Source: Bacteroidota bacterium (GTDB lineage: Bacteria > Bacteroidota > Bacteroidia > AKYH767-A > OLB10). Taken from it: a stretch of 64,000 nt of DNA. The first letter of the stretch is position 1, and every line of letters begins with the position of its first letter. A program made the translations under genes and the position numbers. The stretch lies in NCBI GenBank assembly GCA_024638565.1, contig JAHEKC010000001.1:10245-74244 (forward strand), given 5' to 3'. Shown piece by piece: positions 1 to 11,591 of the stretch. The notes under the pieces were generated by a model that worked only from the letters and a program-made list of their open reading frames with translations, did no database searches and was not told the DNA's origin.

Positions 1-469
1 ACCGGAATCGGTGCTGGAACTGGGCACCTCTCTGGGCTTCGGTACGATGTACCTGGCGGCCGGGGCGCCAAACGCCAGCATCGTCACACTCGAGGGCTGC
101 CCGGCCACCGCGGCCATCGCGGAAGCGAATTTCAGGGAGGCTGGACTTACAAATATCGAACTCATCACCGGCCCGTTTGAAGATACGCTGGACAAGGTGC
201 TGGAAGGCGACTTCAGGCCCGGCCTCGTTTTTTTCGACGGCAACCACACGCGTGACGCAACACTGCGCTATTTCAGGCGATGCATCAGCAGGCGTGGGGA
301 GAAGGCCGCATTCGTATTCGACGATATCAACTGGTCACACGGCATGCGGGAAGCATGGAATGAAGTCAGGTCAGAACCGCTGGTCTCCGCCACGGCCGAC
401 CTGTTTCGGCTCGGCATCGCCTTCTTCGATCCGGGATTGCAGAAAGAGGATTTTGTATTAAGGTATTGA
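1..469 (+). CDS. Class I SAM-dependent methyltransferase (O-methyltransferase-like), C-terminal part; gene starts upstream of the window
   Basis: The frame is open from nt 2 with no upstream stop. The translation (VFFDGNHT...FVFDDINWSHG) looks like a Rossmann-fold SAM methyltransferase core. The stop is at 467-469. Confidence 0.55.
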   Translation, partial: PESVLELGTSLGFGTMYLAAGAPNASIVTLEGCPATAAIAEANFREAGLTNIELITGPFEDTLDKVLEGDFRPGLVFFDGNHTRDATLRYFRRCISRRGEKAAFVFDDINWSHGMREAWNEVRSEPLVSATADLFRLGIAFFDPGLQKEDFVLRY

Positions 470-616
470 CCCGTTGTAGTGCATGGTGCGTCGCGTGTTA
501 ATTTTCAATCTCTAAACAAGCGGCAGCCGGCAGCAGCAGTCGGCAGGAGTGTATAGTTAAGTGTTAATGATTGATTCATCAGGGCCGTTCATAATATTGT
601 TACCTTTAAAGCGGTC

Positions 617-1213
617 ATGAAACGAATTTTTAACCGTGTTCCGTACGGGATATTTTTTGCTTTGATTTTGGCATTTCTGATGCCTGGCGGCGCAACGGCA
701 CAGGAGGGTGTATACAAGTCGCTGGATGCCGCACTTGCCGATCCCGGATCGGTACGCGTGCTGCAACTCGGCAAGCAGCGTTTCAAGTCCTTTCCTTCGG
801 CGGTATTCCGGTTTCCCAACCTGGAAGAGCTTCACCTGCGCAAGAACAAAATTCCCGCCATCCCTGACAGCATTGCATTCCTGAAGAACCTGCGGCTGCT
901 CGACCTCAGCAAGAACAAGCTCACCGCGCTGCCGCCGGCCATCGGTGACCTGCCGGCGCTTGAAACCCTGCTCCTGAACCGGAACAGGATCACGGCATTG
1001 CCACCCGAAATTGGTGACCTCGCCACTCTCGTGACACTCGAGCTGTGGGATAATGAACTGGATACGATCCCGGACGACATCGGACGGCTGAAGTCGCTGC
1101 AAAAGCTGGAGCTGCGCGGAATCCTTTTTTCGGATGCGGAGCAGGCGCATATCGCATCCCTGCTGCCGAAAACGAAAATCTTCTTTTCGCCCAGCTGCGC
1201 CTGCAAGGACTAA
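617..1213 (+). CDS. Secreted leucine-rich-repeat (LRR) protein
   Basis: There is an N-terminal signal peptide (FFALILAFLMPGGATAQ). It is followed by about 6 tandem 23-aa LRR units (LxxLxLxxNxLxxLPxxIGxL). Confidence 0.7.
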   Translation: MKRIFNRVPYGIFFALILAFLMPGGATAQEGVYKSLDAALADPGSVRVLQLGKQRFKSFPSAVFRFPNLEELHLRKNKIPAIPDSIAFLKNLRLLDLSKNKLTALPPAIGDLPALETLLLNRNRITALPPEIGDLATLVTLELWDNELDTIPDDIGRLKSLQKLELRGILFSDAEQAHIASLLPKTKIFFSPSCACKD

Positions 1214-1325
1214 GTTCACGGTTCACGCAAAACACCACACCAATTCGCTTGATAACTCAAAAACTTAATCTCTCTGCGGCATTGCGTCTTGGCGCCTTTT
1301 CGTGAAATGCAGTTCGCTCATGCAG
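1211..1325. repeat. Copy 1 of an interspersed ~110-bp noncoding element (blocks TCACGGwTCACG / TAACTCAnnAACTT / CTGCG / CGTGAAAnnCAGTTCG / TGCAG)
   Basis: It shares ordered sequence blocks with 20296-20445. Both copies lie in spacers between convergent genes. TTCACG...CGTGAA are inverted. Confidence 0.45.
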
Positions 1326-1457
1326 AGAAAAGGGATCACGCAAAGACGCAAAGGGGTCGTAGCGAAGGTCGGCATCCCGTCACCTGGTGATTGCAGGTCC
1401 ATCGGGGCCATGAACAAGCACTGAAAAGACAAATTTATACGCAACTCCCGGGGCTGA

Positions 1458-2183
1458 CTACTCCGATCCGCTGCCGGCAAAGTAGAACCGCAGGCCCGCT
1501 CCTGCATAGAGCGACTTGTTTTTCAGGGTTTCGTCGGAAAAGTATTCTTCGGTGGCCACGTCTTTCAGCCCAACCGAATAACTGCCGCCTAACTCGATGG
1601 CGAGGAATGTCAGGAGTTTGAACTCAACGGAAACGCGGGCAAGCGCACCAAAATCCATTGATGAAAAGCTGTTCGAGTAATCGATGTCCTCGACCCCGGG
1701 ACTGAGGTCGTCGGCTTCCACCCGGAGCCTGGATTCGCTCAGGAAGCCCAGGTAGCCTCCCGCGCCCAGGTTAAGCCGGATGCGGTCACCCACGGTAAGG
1801 TTCAGCGTGACGGGTATGGTAAAATAGTTGCTCATGTAGAGCAGGTCGCCGCTGACGGTCCACAGGGAAGTATCAAGCGTGATGTTGGAATCAACCAGCA
1901 GCTCTTTCTGCTTAAACCCTTTCTGTTCGTACGAGGGTTCAATGAGCAGGACCAGGCGCCGGTTGAACTTGATGCCGATCAGTGAATAAAACCGGATACC
2001 TGTCAGGTTGAACGATTCAATGTCGCTCCTGGATGGCAGGTCGGCCTTGCCACTAACATTGGTCACGTTCAGCCCCAGGCCGGTGCCCATGGAGAAAGCG
2101 CTCTCCTGTGCGGGTGAGATTTTAGCAGACAGCGACATGACAGCCAGGAAGAAAATCAGAAACCTGTTCGGGTGATTGGACAT
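1458..2183 (-). CDS. Outer-membrane beta-barrel (OmpA-like/porin-family) protein, hypothetical
   Basis: The protein has a signal peptide (LIFFLAVMSLSAKISPAQ). The rest shows alternating amphipathic beta-strand character and is rich in G/S/Y/F. Confidence 0.5.
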   Translation of the reverse strand: MSNHPNRFLIFFLAVMSLSAKISPAQESAFSMGTGLGLNVTNVSGKADLPSRSDIESFNLTGIRFYSLIGIKFNRRLVLLIEPSYEQKGFKQKELLVDSNITLDTSLWTVSGDLLYMSNYFTIPVTLNLTVGDRIRLNLGAGGYLGFLSESRLRVEADDLSPGVEDIDYSNSFSSMDFGALARVSVEFKLLTFLAIELGGSYSVGLKDVATEEYFSDETLKNKSLYAGAGLRFYFAGSGSE

Positions 2184-2303
2184 GCTGATCGTATCAGTTA
2201 TGATTCGCGATGGCAGACTGCTGGTTTAATATATCAGATTTATAAAGGATTGCAGCAAAAAATAAATAATCGCCAATCGATAGGATACTGCGGCAGTTGA
2301 CCG

Positions 2304-3324
2304 CTAATGGATCTCCCAGACGTCCCTGCCCCGCAGGAGCTTGTCCAGGTCGCCCTCCCCGTTGCTGGCAATCGCCTGCTTGATCTGCTCGTTAAAGGCG
2401 TCTTCATACCGGAACCGCTCTTCGATATAGAACACGCCGAACGGGCGGGGGAAATGCCCGTCTGTTGCGGGATCGTCGAAGAAGCGGCTGAGGATGCCCG
2501 CCTTCACCCGGTCGCGTTCGTCGTGAACCCAAAGGTCGTCAGGCGAGTTCGAGGTGTCCTTCATATCTGCCACCACGGGCTTGAAGCCGTCAAGCCTGAC
2601 GCCCTTTTCGTTTTCGGCGCCGAACAGCAACGGCTTGCCATGTTCCACGAACAGGGTCTCAGCCTTCTTCGTGTCCTTTTCCGTATAAACGAAAAAGGCT
2701 CCGTCATTGAAGACATTGCAGTTCTGGTAGATCTCAAGGAATGAGGTGCCGCCATGATCGTACGACCGGCGAATCATCTCCTTCAGGTGTGCCGGGTCGC
2801 GGTCCATGGTGCGGGCAATAAAGGTGCCTTCGGCGCCCAGCGCAAGCGCAATCGGGTTGAAAGGATGGTCGACGCTTCCCATGGGGGTGGATTTGGTGAC
2901 CTTGCCTTCCTCGGAGGTGGGGGAGTACTGCCCCTTGGTAAGCCCGTAGATCTGGTTATTGAACATCAGCAGGTTGATGTTGAAGTTACGCCGCAACAGG
3001 TGGATGAAATGATTCCCGCCGATCGACAGCCCGTCGCCGTCACCGGTGACGACCCAGACACTGAGGTCGGGACGTGCTGACTTCAGCCCGCTGGCAATCG
3101 CTGTGGCGCGCCCATGGATGCTGTGCATGCCAAAGGTTTCCATGTAATAGGGGAAGCGCGACGAGCACCCGATCCCGGAAATGAAAACGATGTCTTCCCT
3201 GGGTATGCCCAGTGTGGGCATCACGGTTTGCACCTGCTTCAGGATGGAATAGTCACCGCACCCGGGACACCAGCGTACATCCTGGTCGGTAACGAAGTCT
3301 TTTGGTTTTAATGCTGGAGTTGCT

Positions 3325-3332
<8 letters not shown>
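2304..3332 (-). CDS. korB: 2-oxoglutarate/2-oxoacid:ferredoxin oxidoreductase beta subunit (TPP-binding)
   Basis: The N-terminal CPGCGDYS motif and the GDGDG TPP-binding motif match OFOR beta subunits. The start overlaps the stop of the upstream alpha subunit. Confidence 0.85.
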
Positions 3333-5187
<1,855 letters not shown>

Positions 5188-5471
5188 GAATTTCCTGGTT
5201 TTTGCGACCGCAAAATTAGTCATAATCATCTTCATGGCAGGTGAGATTCCTCGTCTGCATCGCCATCGCCGGAAGGTCCTCAACAGGCCGCCCCCCGTGT
5301 GTAAAACTTTGACTGCCCAGGGAGCCCGCCGGCGGGGCTTAACTCCCATATTGGTTACCTTTGTCGGCCTCGGTGCAGGTTGCCGGCCACTGCAAAAGCC
5401 TGTGAGGCAACGGCATCGCTGAGGCACCCCGGCACGACCGCTTTTTGCCGTTTGGGCCGCAAAGAATAGAA

Positions 5472-6473
5472 ATGAAAATCATCGTTCCCATGGCGGGTAT
5501 GGGCAAGCGCATGCGGCCGCACTCGCTGACTATTCCCAAACCCCTCATCCCGGTGGCAGGGAAGCCTATTGTACAGCACCTGCTCGAGGACCTGGTCAGC
5601 GTATGCCCCGAAAAGGTCGACGAGATCGCATTCGTCATCGGTCGGTTTGGAAAGGAAACGGAGGACCGCCTGGCAGCCATCGCCGCATCCCTCGATGCCC
5701 GTGCCACCATTCACTACCAGGACGAGGCGCTGGGAACGGCACATGCCATCCTGTGTGCAAAACCCGCCCTTACAGGCAAGGTTATCGTGGCGTTTGCGGA
5801 CACACTGTTCAGTACGGATGCAGCCATCGACACCGACAGTGACGGTACCATTTGGGTCAAGAAGATCGACGACCCCAGGCAATTTGGCGTGGTGAAGGTG
5901 GACGGTAACGGGGTGATCACGGATTTCGTGGAAAAACCACAGGAGTTCGTATCCGACCTCGCCATCATCGGGATCTATTTCTTCCGCGACGGCGAGAACC
6001 TGTGTGGGGAACTGCAGTATTTGCTCGACAACGATATCCGTGACAAGGGCGAATACCAGCTGACCAATGCCATGGAGAACATGAAAAACAAGGGCCGGAA
6101 GCTGGTACCCGGCAAGGTGGTGGAATGGCTTGACTGCGGCAACAAGGATGCCACGGTGCACACGAACCGGCGCGTGCTGGAACTCAAGTACCCGGACAGC
6201 ATGGTGTCGGAGGGGGTGAAAACCAGTAATTCCGTGATTATACCGCCCTGCTTCATAGGCGCGGATGCGGTGCTGGAAAATTCGGTCGTGGGACCCTATG
6301 CAAGCATTGGCGCAGGAACCACGGTGCGGGGATCCGTGGTGGAGGATTCCATTGTCCAGGAAAATACCCTGATAGAATCTGCCGTTATAAAAAACAGCAT
6401 GGTAGGCAGTCACGTTAAATACAAGGGACCCGTTCAGGACCTGAGCCTGGGCGACTATACCACCCGTGCATAG
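5472..6473 (+). CDS. Sugar-phosphate nucleotidyltransferase (NTP_transferase N-domain plus left-handed beta-helix C-domain; GlmU/RmlA-like)
   Basis: The product begins MKIIVPMAGMGKRMRP...KPLIPVAGKP, which has the G-x-G-x-R nucleotide-binding signature. The C-terminal region carries hexapeptide repeats. The start was taken at the internal ATG at 5472. Confidence 0.7.
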   Translation: MKIIVPMAGMGKRMRPHSLTIPKPLIPVAGKPIVQHLLEDLVSVCPEKVDEIAFVIGRFGKETEDRLAAIAASLDARATIHYQDEALGTAHAILCAKPALTGKVIVAFADTLFSTDAAIDTDSDGTIWVKKIDDPRQFGVVKVDGNGVITDFVEKPQEFVSDLAIIGIYFFRDGENLCGELQYLLDNDIRDKGEYQLTNAMENMKNKGRKLVPGKVVEWLDCGNKDATVHTNRRVLELKYPDSMVSEGVKTSNSVIIPPCFIGADAVLENSVVGPYASIGAGTTVRGSVVEDSIVQENTLIESAVIKNSMVGSHVKYKGPVQDLSLGDYTTRA

Positions 6474-6485
6474 CGCGGGCCACGT

Positions 6486-8240
6486 ATGAGAGGGATTCTG
6501 AAAAAACATATCGTATGGGGCATGGTGGTGCTCATGGGGGCGCTGGCCGGCTGCAGCGGCACGGGTCCGTCAGCCGGTGGCCGCCAGTCCTCCCGGGGGG
6601 CCAGCAACCTCACCGAAGAGGAGCGTATCAAGCTGCAGTATATTTTCTTCAATGCCCACAAGGAAAAGATTCTTGGAAACACGGACAAGGCGGTCGAGAT
6701 GTTTGCAGAATGTATCCGTATTGACAACCGGCACGCCGCCTCCATGTACGAGCTGGCCGGGGTCTATGCCGGAAAGAAGAAGTTCAATGATGCCCTGTTC
6801 TTCGCCAATGGTGCCGCGGAAATAGATCCGGGGAACGAATGGTACCAGCTCCTGCTGGCCACCTTGTACAGGGAAACGGGTAAATACAAGGAGGCGGTCG
6901 AGGTGCATGAGCGCCTGGTAAAGGAAAACCCGGACCGCCTGGCGTACTATTTCAACTTGGCGGACGCCCTGGTCTATGCCGGAAGGCTGCCTGAAGCCAT
7001 CGGGGTACTGGACCAGGTCGAGGAGCGGACAGGTGTGAAAAAAGAGCTGATCATCCAGAAGCAACGGCTGTACCTGAAGCTTGGCAAGACTGAAAAGGCG
7101 GCCGCGGAGCTGGAGAAGCTCATCGCCTCCGATCCCAAAGACCTGAATGCTTATTCCCTGCTGGTGGACCTATACCAGGCCAACGACATGGATGACAGGG
7201 CATACGAGACCATCGAAAGGATGCGCGCCATCAACCCGGAGAGCCCGCATGTGTTCCTGGCGCTGGCCGAGTATTACCGTTCACAGGGAGAGAGCGATAA
7301 GTCATTCGAGCAGCTGCGCCGTGCCTTCCGCAGTGACCTGCTCAACTCGGATATCAAGCTGCGGATCATCGGTTCCTATTTCCCGCTGGCACAGCAGGAC
7401 GAGAAGATGATGACCCAGGCCCTGGAGCTGGGTAAGATCCTGGCCGAGCAGCATCCCAACGAACCCATGCCTCTCACGGCCTATGCCGAGTTCCTGACCC
7501 TGGCCGAACAGTACAAGGAAGCCAATGAACAGTACCGCAAAGTGCTCGAGCTGGATAAGAGCAATGAGAATGTATGGCAGCAGTACGTGGTCAACACCGA
7601 GTACCTCCGGGATTACGACCACATGCATACCGCCACGGATGAAGCGATGGAGCTGTTTCCCAATAACCCGCTGTTTTACCTGTACAACGGCCTGGCCCGG
7701 GGTGGCAAGGACGACTACGAGGGTTCGGTACGCGTGCTGGAGTCCGGCGCCAAAATAGTAGTCGACAACGATGCAATTCTCGCACAGTTCCACCGCCTGC
7801 TCGGCGACCATTACCATGAACTGGAAAAGCATACCGATTCCGACAGGAATTATGATAAGGCACTCGAGCTGGAGCCTACCGACGCCTACACGCTGAACAA
7901 CTACAGCTATTACCTTTCATTGCGGAAGGTCAGGCTTGAAAAGGCTGCCAGGATGTCGCTCCGGTCCAACGAACTCATGCCGGGACAGGCTTCGTTCGAG
8001 GACACCTACGGATGGATCAAATACCAGCAGGGAGAATACACCGAGGCGAAGATATGGCTGGAGCGCGCCATGGAGCATGGCGGTGACAACAACGGCACGA
8101 TCCTGGAGCATTACGGTGATGTGTTGTTTAAACTCGATGACGTCACCGGCGCCGTGAATTACTGGCAGAAAGCCAGGACGGCGGGCGACGGTTCGGACCT
8201 GCTGGACAAGAAGATCGCCGAGCGTAAACTGTATGAATGA
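6486..8240 (+). CDS. Tetratricopeptide-repeat (TPR) lipoprotein
   Basis: There is a signal peptide with an LAGCSG lipobox. Multiple TPR-like 34-aa helical repeats follow (AxxxxYxLAxxY...). Confidence 0.7.
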   Translation: MRGILKKHIVWGMVVLMGALAGCSGTGPSAGGRQSSRGASNLTEEERIKLQYIFFNAHKEKILGNTDKAVEMFAECIRIDNRHAASMYELAGVYAGKKKFNDALFFANGAAEIDPGNEWYQLLLATLYRETGKYKEAVEVHERLVKENPDRLAYYFNLADALVYAGRLPEAIGVLDQVEERTGVKKELIIQKQRLYLKLGKTEKAAAELEKLIASDPKDLNAYSLLVDLYQANDMDDRAYETIERMRAINPESPHVFLALAEYYRSQGESDKSFEQLRRAFRSDLLNSDIKLRIIGSYFPLAQQDEKMMTQALELGKILAEQHPNEPMPLTAYAEFLTLAEQYKEANEQYRKVLELDKSNENVWQQYVVNTEYLRDYDHMHTATDEAMELFPNNPLFYLYNGLARGGKDDYEGSVRVLESGAKIVVDNDAILAQFHRLLGDHYHELEKHTDSDRNYDKALELEPTDAYTLNNYSYYLSLRKVRLEKAARMSLRSNELMPGQASFEDTYGWIKYQQGEYTEAKIWLERAMEHGGDNNGTILEHYGDVLFKLDDVTGAVNYWQKARTAGDGSDLLDKKIAERKLYE

Positions 8241-9084
8241 GGTGTCTTCAAGGGCTTCACTCATCACCCTTCTCCCGATCCTGGCCATCGTGATAGCGCT
8301 TGCCTCGTGCAAGTCGCTCCGCAGGGCGGAACGGCCCGTTACCATCAAGGAAAACCGTAAGCTGGTCGAGCGAACCGCCGAGGAGCTGTTGTCCATGATC
8401 CGGGACAGCTCCTTCCAGGCGGAATGGATGCATGGCAAGGCGGAAGTGGTCACCAATATCGAGGAGAAATCCCAGTCCTTCGATATTTTTTTTCGTGCCC
8501 GGAGGGACAGTGCCATCTGGATTTCCATTTCCCCGCTGCTGGGCATCGAGGTGGCCAGGGTCCTCATAACGCGTGATTCCGTGCTTTTTATGGACCGGCT
8601 GCACAGGAAATACCATGCCGCCGACTATGGTTTTTTGAACAACCTCCTGAGGATGAATATCGACTTTGACATCGTCCAGGGCGTGTTTACCGGGAATATA
8701 TTTGCCTACAAGAAAAACAAGTTCAATTCCGTTTACATCGAGGAAGACCAGTTTTATATCCTGAGCACACTGAGCAAGCACAAACTCAAGCGCAGCCTTG
8801 AAGAGAAGGATCCAAGCAAGCCCATCATCCAGGATATGTGGATCAGTGACCTGAACTACAGGATCAGCAAGCTATCCGTGGAGGACAACAAGGTGCAGAA
8901 AAAGATGATGACCCATTACGACGATTTCCGGTTGACGGACGCCGGGCTTTTCCCGTTCGAGTCGCGTACCACCATATACGCTGAACGCGTAGTTGAACTG
9001 GAGATCAGGTACTCGAAATTAAAGGTTGGCCAGACACAGTCATTCCCGTTTAAAATACCCGGCAGCTATGAGCGGATATACTAG
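8233..9084 (+). CDS. Putative lipoprotein (DUF4292/LolB-like, tentative), part of a conserved TPR-lipoprotein-M23 triad
   Basis: The signal peptide has an LASCKS lipobox. The gene overlaps the upstream TPR gene by 8 nt. The family name comes from recalled synteny only. Confidence 0.5.
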   Translation: MNEVSSRASLITLLPILAIVIALASCKSLRRAERPVTIKENRKLVERTAEELLSMIRDSSFQAEWMHGKAEVVTNIEEKSQSFDIFFRARRDSAIWISISPLLGIEVARVLITRDSVLFMDRLHRKYHAADYGFLNNLLRMNIDFDIVQGVFTGNIFAYKKNKFNSVYIEEDQFYILSTLSKHKLKRSLEEKDPSKPIIQDMWISDLNYRISKLSVEDNKVQKKMMTHYDDFRLTDAGLFPFESRTTIYAERVVELEIRYSKLKVGQTQSFPFKIPGSYERIY

Positions 9085-10303
9085 GCGGTTTATATGGCTG
9101 GCGCTCCTGCTTGTGTGGCCCGTCGCGCTGCAGGCGCAAAGCAAGAAGTCGCTCCAGCAAAAGAAAAGCAAGCTCCAGAATGAAATAAATGAAGCCAATA
9201 AGTTGCTGCGGCACCTGTCAAAAAGCAAAAAGGTTTCGGTAAGGGAAATAGGCGCACTTAAACGCAAGATCGGCGCCAGGGAAGAGCTGATTCGTACCAT
9301 GAACCAGGAGGTTGGGGTGATCAAGCGCGATATCCGGGAAACGGAAAATTCCATCAGGGAACTGGAACGCGAGATGAAAACGCTCAAGTCCGGGTATGCG
9401 GATATGATCCGGCTGGCGCATAAGCACAGCAACCGGTATGAAAAACTGATGTACATCTTCGCGGCGGACGATTTCAACCAGGCGCTGAAACGCATGAAGT
9501 TCCTGCGGCAGGTCAGCGACCAGCGTCGTGCACAGGCGGCAGCCATTGATTCCGCACAGGTGCTGATGACCGCACGCAGGGAAAGCCTGGAATCACAGAA
9601 AAAAGAAAAAACCGCCTTGCTGGCGAACGAGATTCGGCAGAAGGATCAGCTGGATAGTGAGCGGAAAGACCAGGATCGCATGCTGACCAAACTCAAAAGC
9701 CGTGAGTCGAAGGTGAAAAGGGACCTCGCGGCAAAACGCAAGGCCAAGGCACGGCTGGAGCGCGCTATCGCGGATATCATCCGGCGGGAAGTGGAGGAAG
9801 CCAGGCGCAAGGCGGCCCTTGCGGAAGGAAAGAAAGACGTCAGTGCCACCGAAGCGTTCGCCCTCACCCCGGAAGCAAGGAAGCTATCCAAGAGCTTTGC
9901 AGGCAACAAGGGCGCCCTGCCCTGGCCCGTAGAGAAAGGGGTGATCTCCGGCTATTTCGGAGAGCATGCGCACCCCACCCTCAGGGGGGTCAAGATCAAG
10001 AATGACGGCATCGACATCATGAGCTCCAGGGGCAGCCGGGCCCGATCGATCTTCCGTGGCGAGGTAAGCGGGACCGTAGACCTGCCCGGCAGCGGGGCGG
10101 CGGTCATCATCAGGCATGGGGAATACCTGTCTGTTTACTCGAATCTTGAACGTGTGTTCGTGAAAAAGGGTGACCGGATCGACACGCGACAGGAGATCGG
10201 GGTAATCGGAACTGATGAGGACGGCGCGCGCTCTGAAATAAACCTGCAGATATGGAAGGGATTCAGCAAACTGAATCCCACCAAGTGGATTGCCAGGAAT
10301 TAA
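9068..10303 (+). CDS. Peptidoglycan DD-metalloendopeptidase family protein (M23/LytM domain, EnvC-like murein hydrolase activator)
   Basis: A signal peptide is followed by a long coiled-coil (Q/K/E/R-rich). The C-terminal LytM/M23 domain contains GVKIKNDGIDI...VIIRHGEYLSVYSNL. The start is at an internal ATG (MSGYTRRFIWLALLL). Confidence 0.8.
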   Translation: MSGYTRRFIWLALLLVWPVALQAQSKKSLQQKKSKLQNEINEANKLLRHLSKSKKVSVREIGALKRKIGAREELIRTMNQEVGVIKRDIRETENSIRELEREMKTLKSGYADMIRLAHKHSNRYEKLMYIFAADDFNQALKRMKFLRQVSDQRRAQAAAIDSAQVLMTARRESLESQKKEKTALLANEIRQKDQLDSERKDQDRMLTKLKSRESKVKRDLAAKRKAKARLERAIADIIRREVEEARRKAALAEGKKDVSATEAFALTPEARKLSKSFAGNKGALPWPVEKGVISGYFGEHAHPTLRGVKIKNDGIDIMSSRGSRARSIFRGEVSGTVDLPGSGAAVIIRHGEYLSVYSNLERVFVKKGDRIDTRQEIGVIGTDEDGARSEINLQIWKGFSKLNPTKWIARN

Positions 10304-10363
10304 GGCCCCGGAGCCGTATGCCCTATTATATGTACTTTTGCTTCTGTTATTAATCGCTTCAAA

Positions 10364-10570
10364 ATGACTGAAAACTTCATTCCCGCCTTCCTGGGCGGAC
10401 TGGGCGGAGGAGAAATTTTCCTGATTGCCGTGGTCCTGCTTTTGCTTTTTGGCGGCCGGAAGATCCCCGAACTCATGCGTGGCCTGGGAAAGGGCATCCG
10501 CGAATTCAAGAATGCCCAGTCAGGCATGGACGAGGAAGAGGAAAAGAAGAAGATCGATAAGGAAAAGTAA
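10364..10570 (+). CDS. tatA: Twin-arginine translocase subunit TatA/E
   Basis: The 68-aa product has a single TM helix followed by an [21 protein letters not shown] amphipathic helix and an acidic tail. Confidence 0.8.
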   Translation: MTENFIPAFLGGLGGGEIFLIAVVLLLLFGGRKIPELMRGLGKGIREFKNAQSGMDEEEEKKKIDKEK

Positions 10571-10753
10571 ATCGACAACTGATTTTTTCAAGATCTTGAT
10601 CCGGCCCCGGATGGGTTTGTTGGCGGCTGTTCAAATTTCGCCGTTAAGAAAATAAGCCGGCAGGAAGGGATTGCCCTTCATGGTCTGACGGCAACGACAG
10701 CCGCTACTTACTCATCACTATTCACAATTCCAGTTGTCTTCGGCTTCCCCCGG

Positions 10754-11428
10754 TCAATACCTTTTCAGCTTGAACTTGATCGGCATGGTCTGCCGGACAG
10801 CTACCGGGTAGCCGTTGGTCCTGCCGGGTTTCCATCTGGGCATCGACTTCAGCACCCGCATGGCTTCGCGGTCCAGGTCGATGTGTATGCCTTTTCTTAA
10901 TTGCACATCGGTGACGTGGCCCGAAGTATCCACGACAAAGGTTACAAATACGGTTCCTTCCACACCTGCCCTAACCGCCCCGGACGAATAGGTAATATGA
11001 TTTCTGATGTAGGCATCAAGGGATGCCTGGCCATCCATGAATTTTGGCATCACATCGGCTATCAGCAGGGGGACGTTGTGGTCCGGTGCCGGCGGGCCGG
11101 GAAGGACGGCTGGCGGTTTCGGGATGACCGGTGCCGGTTCGATAGTCCTGTAATCAGGAACTTTCCGCGGTGGCAACGGACTTACCGGCACCACAGTGGA
11201 GCGGGAGACCTTCGGCGCCGCAGGTTTTTCCTTTTCAGGGTAAACAATCACCCCCTGCGTGTACTCCCAGTCGGGTTCGTCGAGCGGCTCATCCGGAATC
11301 CCGGGCGCATACCTGGATTTCCAGTCGAATGCAAGCATGACCAGTCCCAGTGAAACGATCATCCCGATGCGGAAGAACAGGCCCCGCTTGTTTTCTAAAT
11401 CTGCAACTGCCTTGTGTCTCTGGTCCAT
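10754..11428 (-). CDS. Energy transducer TonB family protein
   Basis: The product has an N-terminal TM helix, a proline-rich linker (PAPVIPKPPAVLPGPPAP) and a C-terminal TonB domain (GTVFVTFVVDTSGHVTDVQL). Confidence 0.75.
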   Translation of the reverse strand: MDQRHKAVADLENKRGLFFRIGMIVSLGLVMLAFDWKSRYAPGIPDEPLDEPDWEYTQGVIVYPEKEKPAAPKVSRSTVVPVSPLPPRKVPDYRTIEPAPVIPKPPAVLPGPPAPDHNVPLLIADVMPKFMDGQASLDAYIRNHITYSSGAVRAGVEGTVFVTFVVDTSGHVTDVQLRKGIHIDLDREAMRVLKSMPRWKPGRTNGYPVAVRQTMPIKFKLKRY

Positions 11429-11591
11429 GACATGGTGGTTTTAGGTTCATCCTTAAAACGATCCCTTGCGCCGGTTGGTATTATATAGGTGCATGAACGG
11501 GCCGGATTCCACAACAGTTTGACAATAAGATGACAAAATGGATGCGCTGCCTTCAGGCAGGGGAAATTGAGCTGAAAAAGTGAACGTTGAA

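Noticed and set aside
5188-5471. Divergent korA / nucleotidyltransferase spacer with small ORFs (5177-5422, 5339-5710)
   Set aside because: The ORFs are short, overlap real gene starts and lack motifs. I treat the region as a bidirectional promoter.
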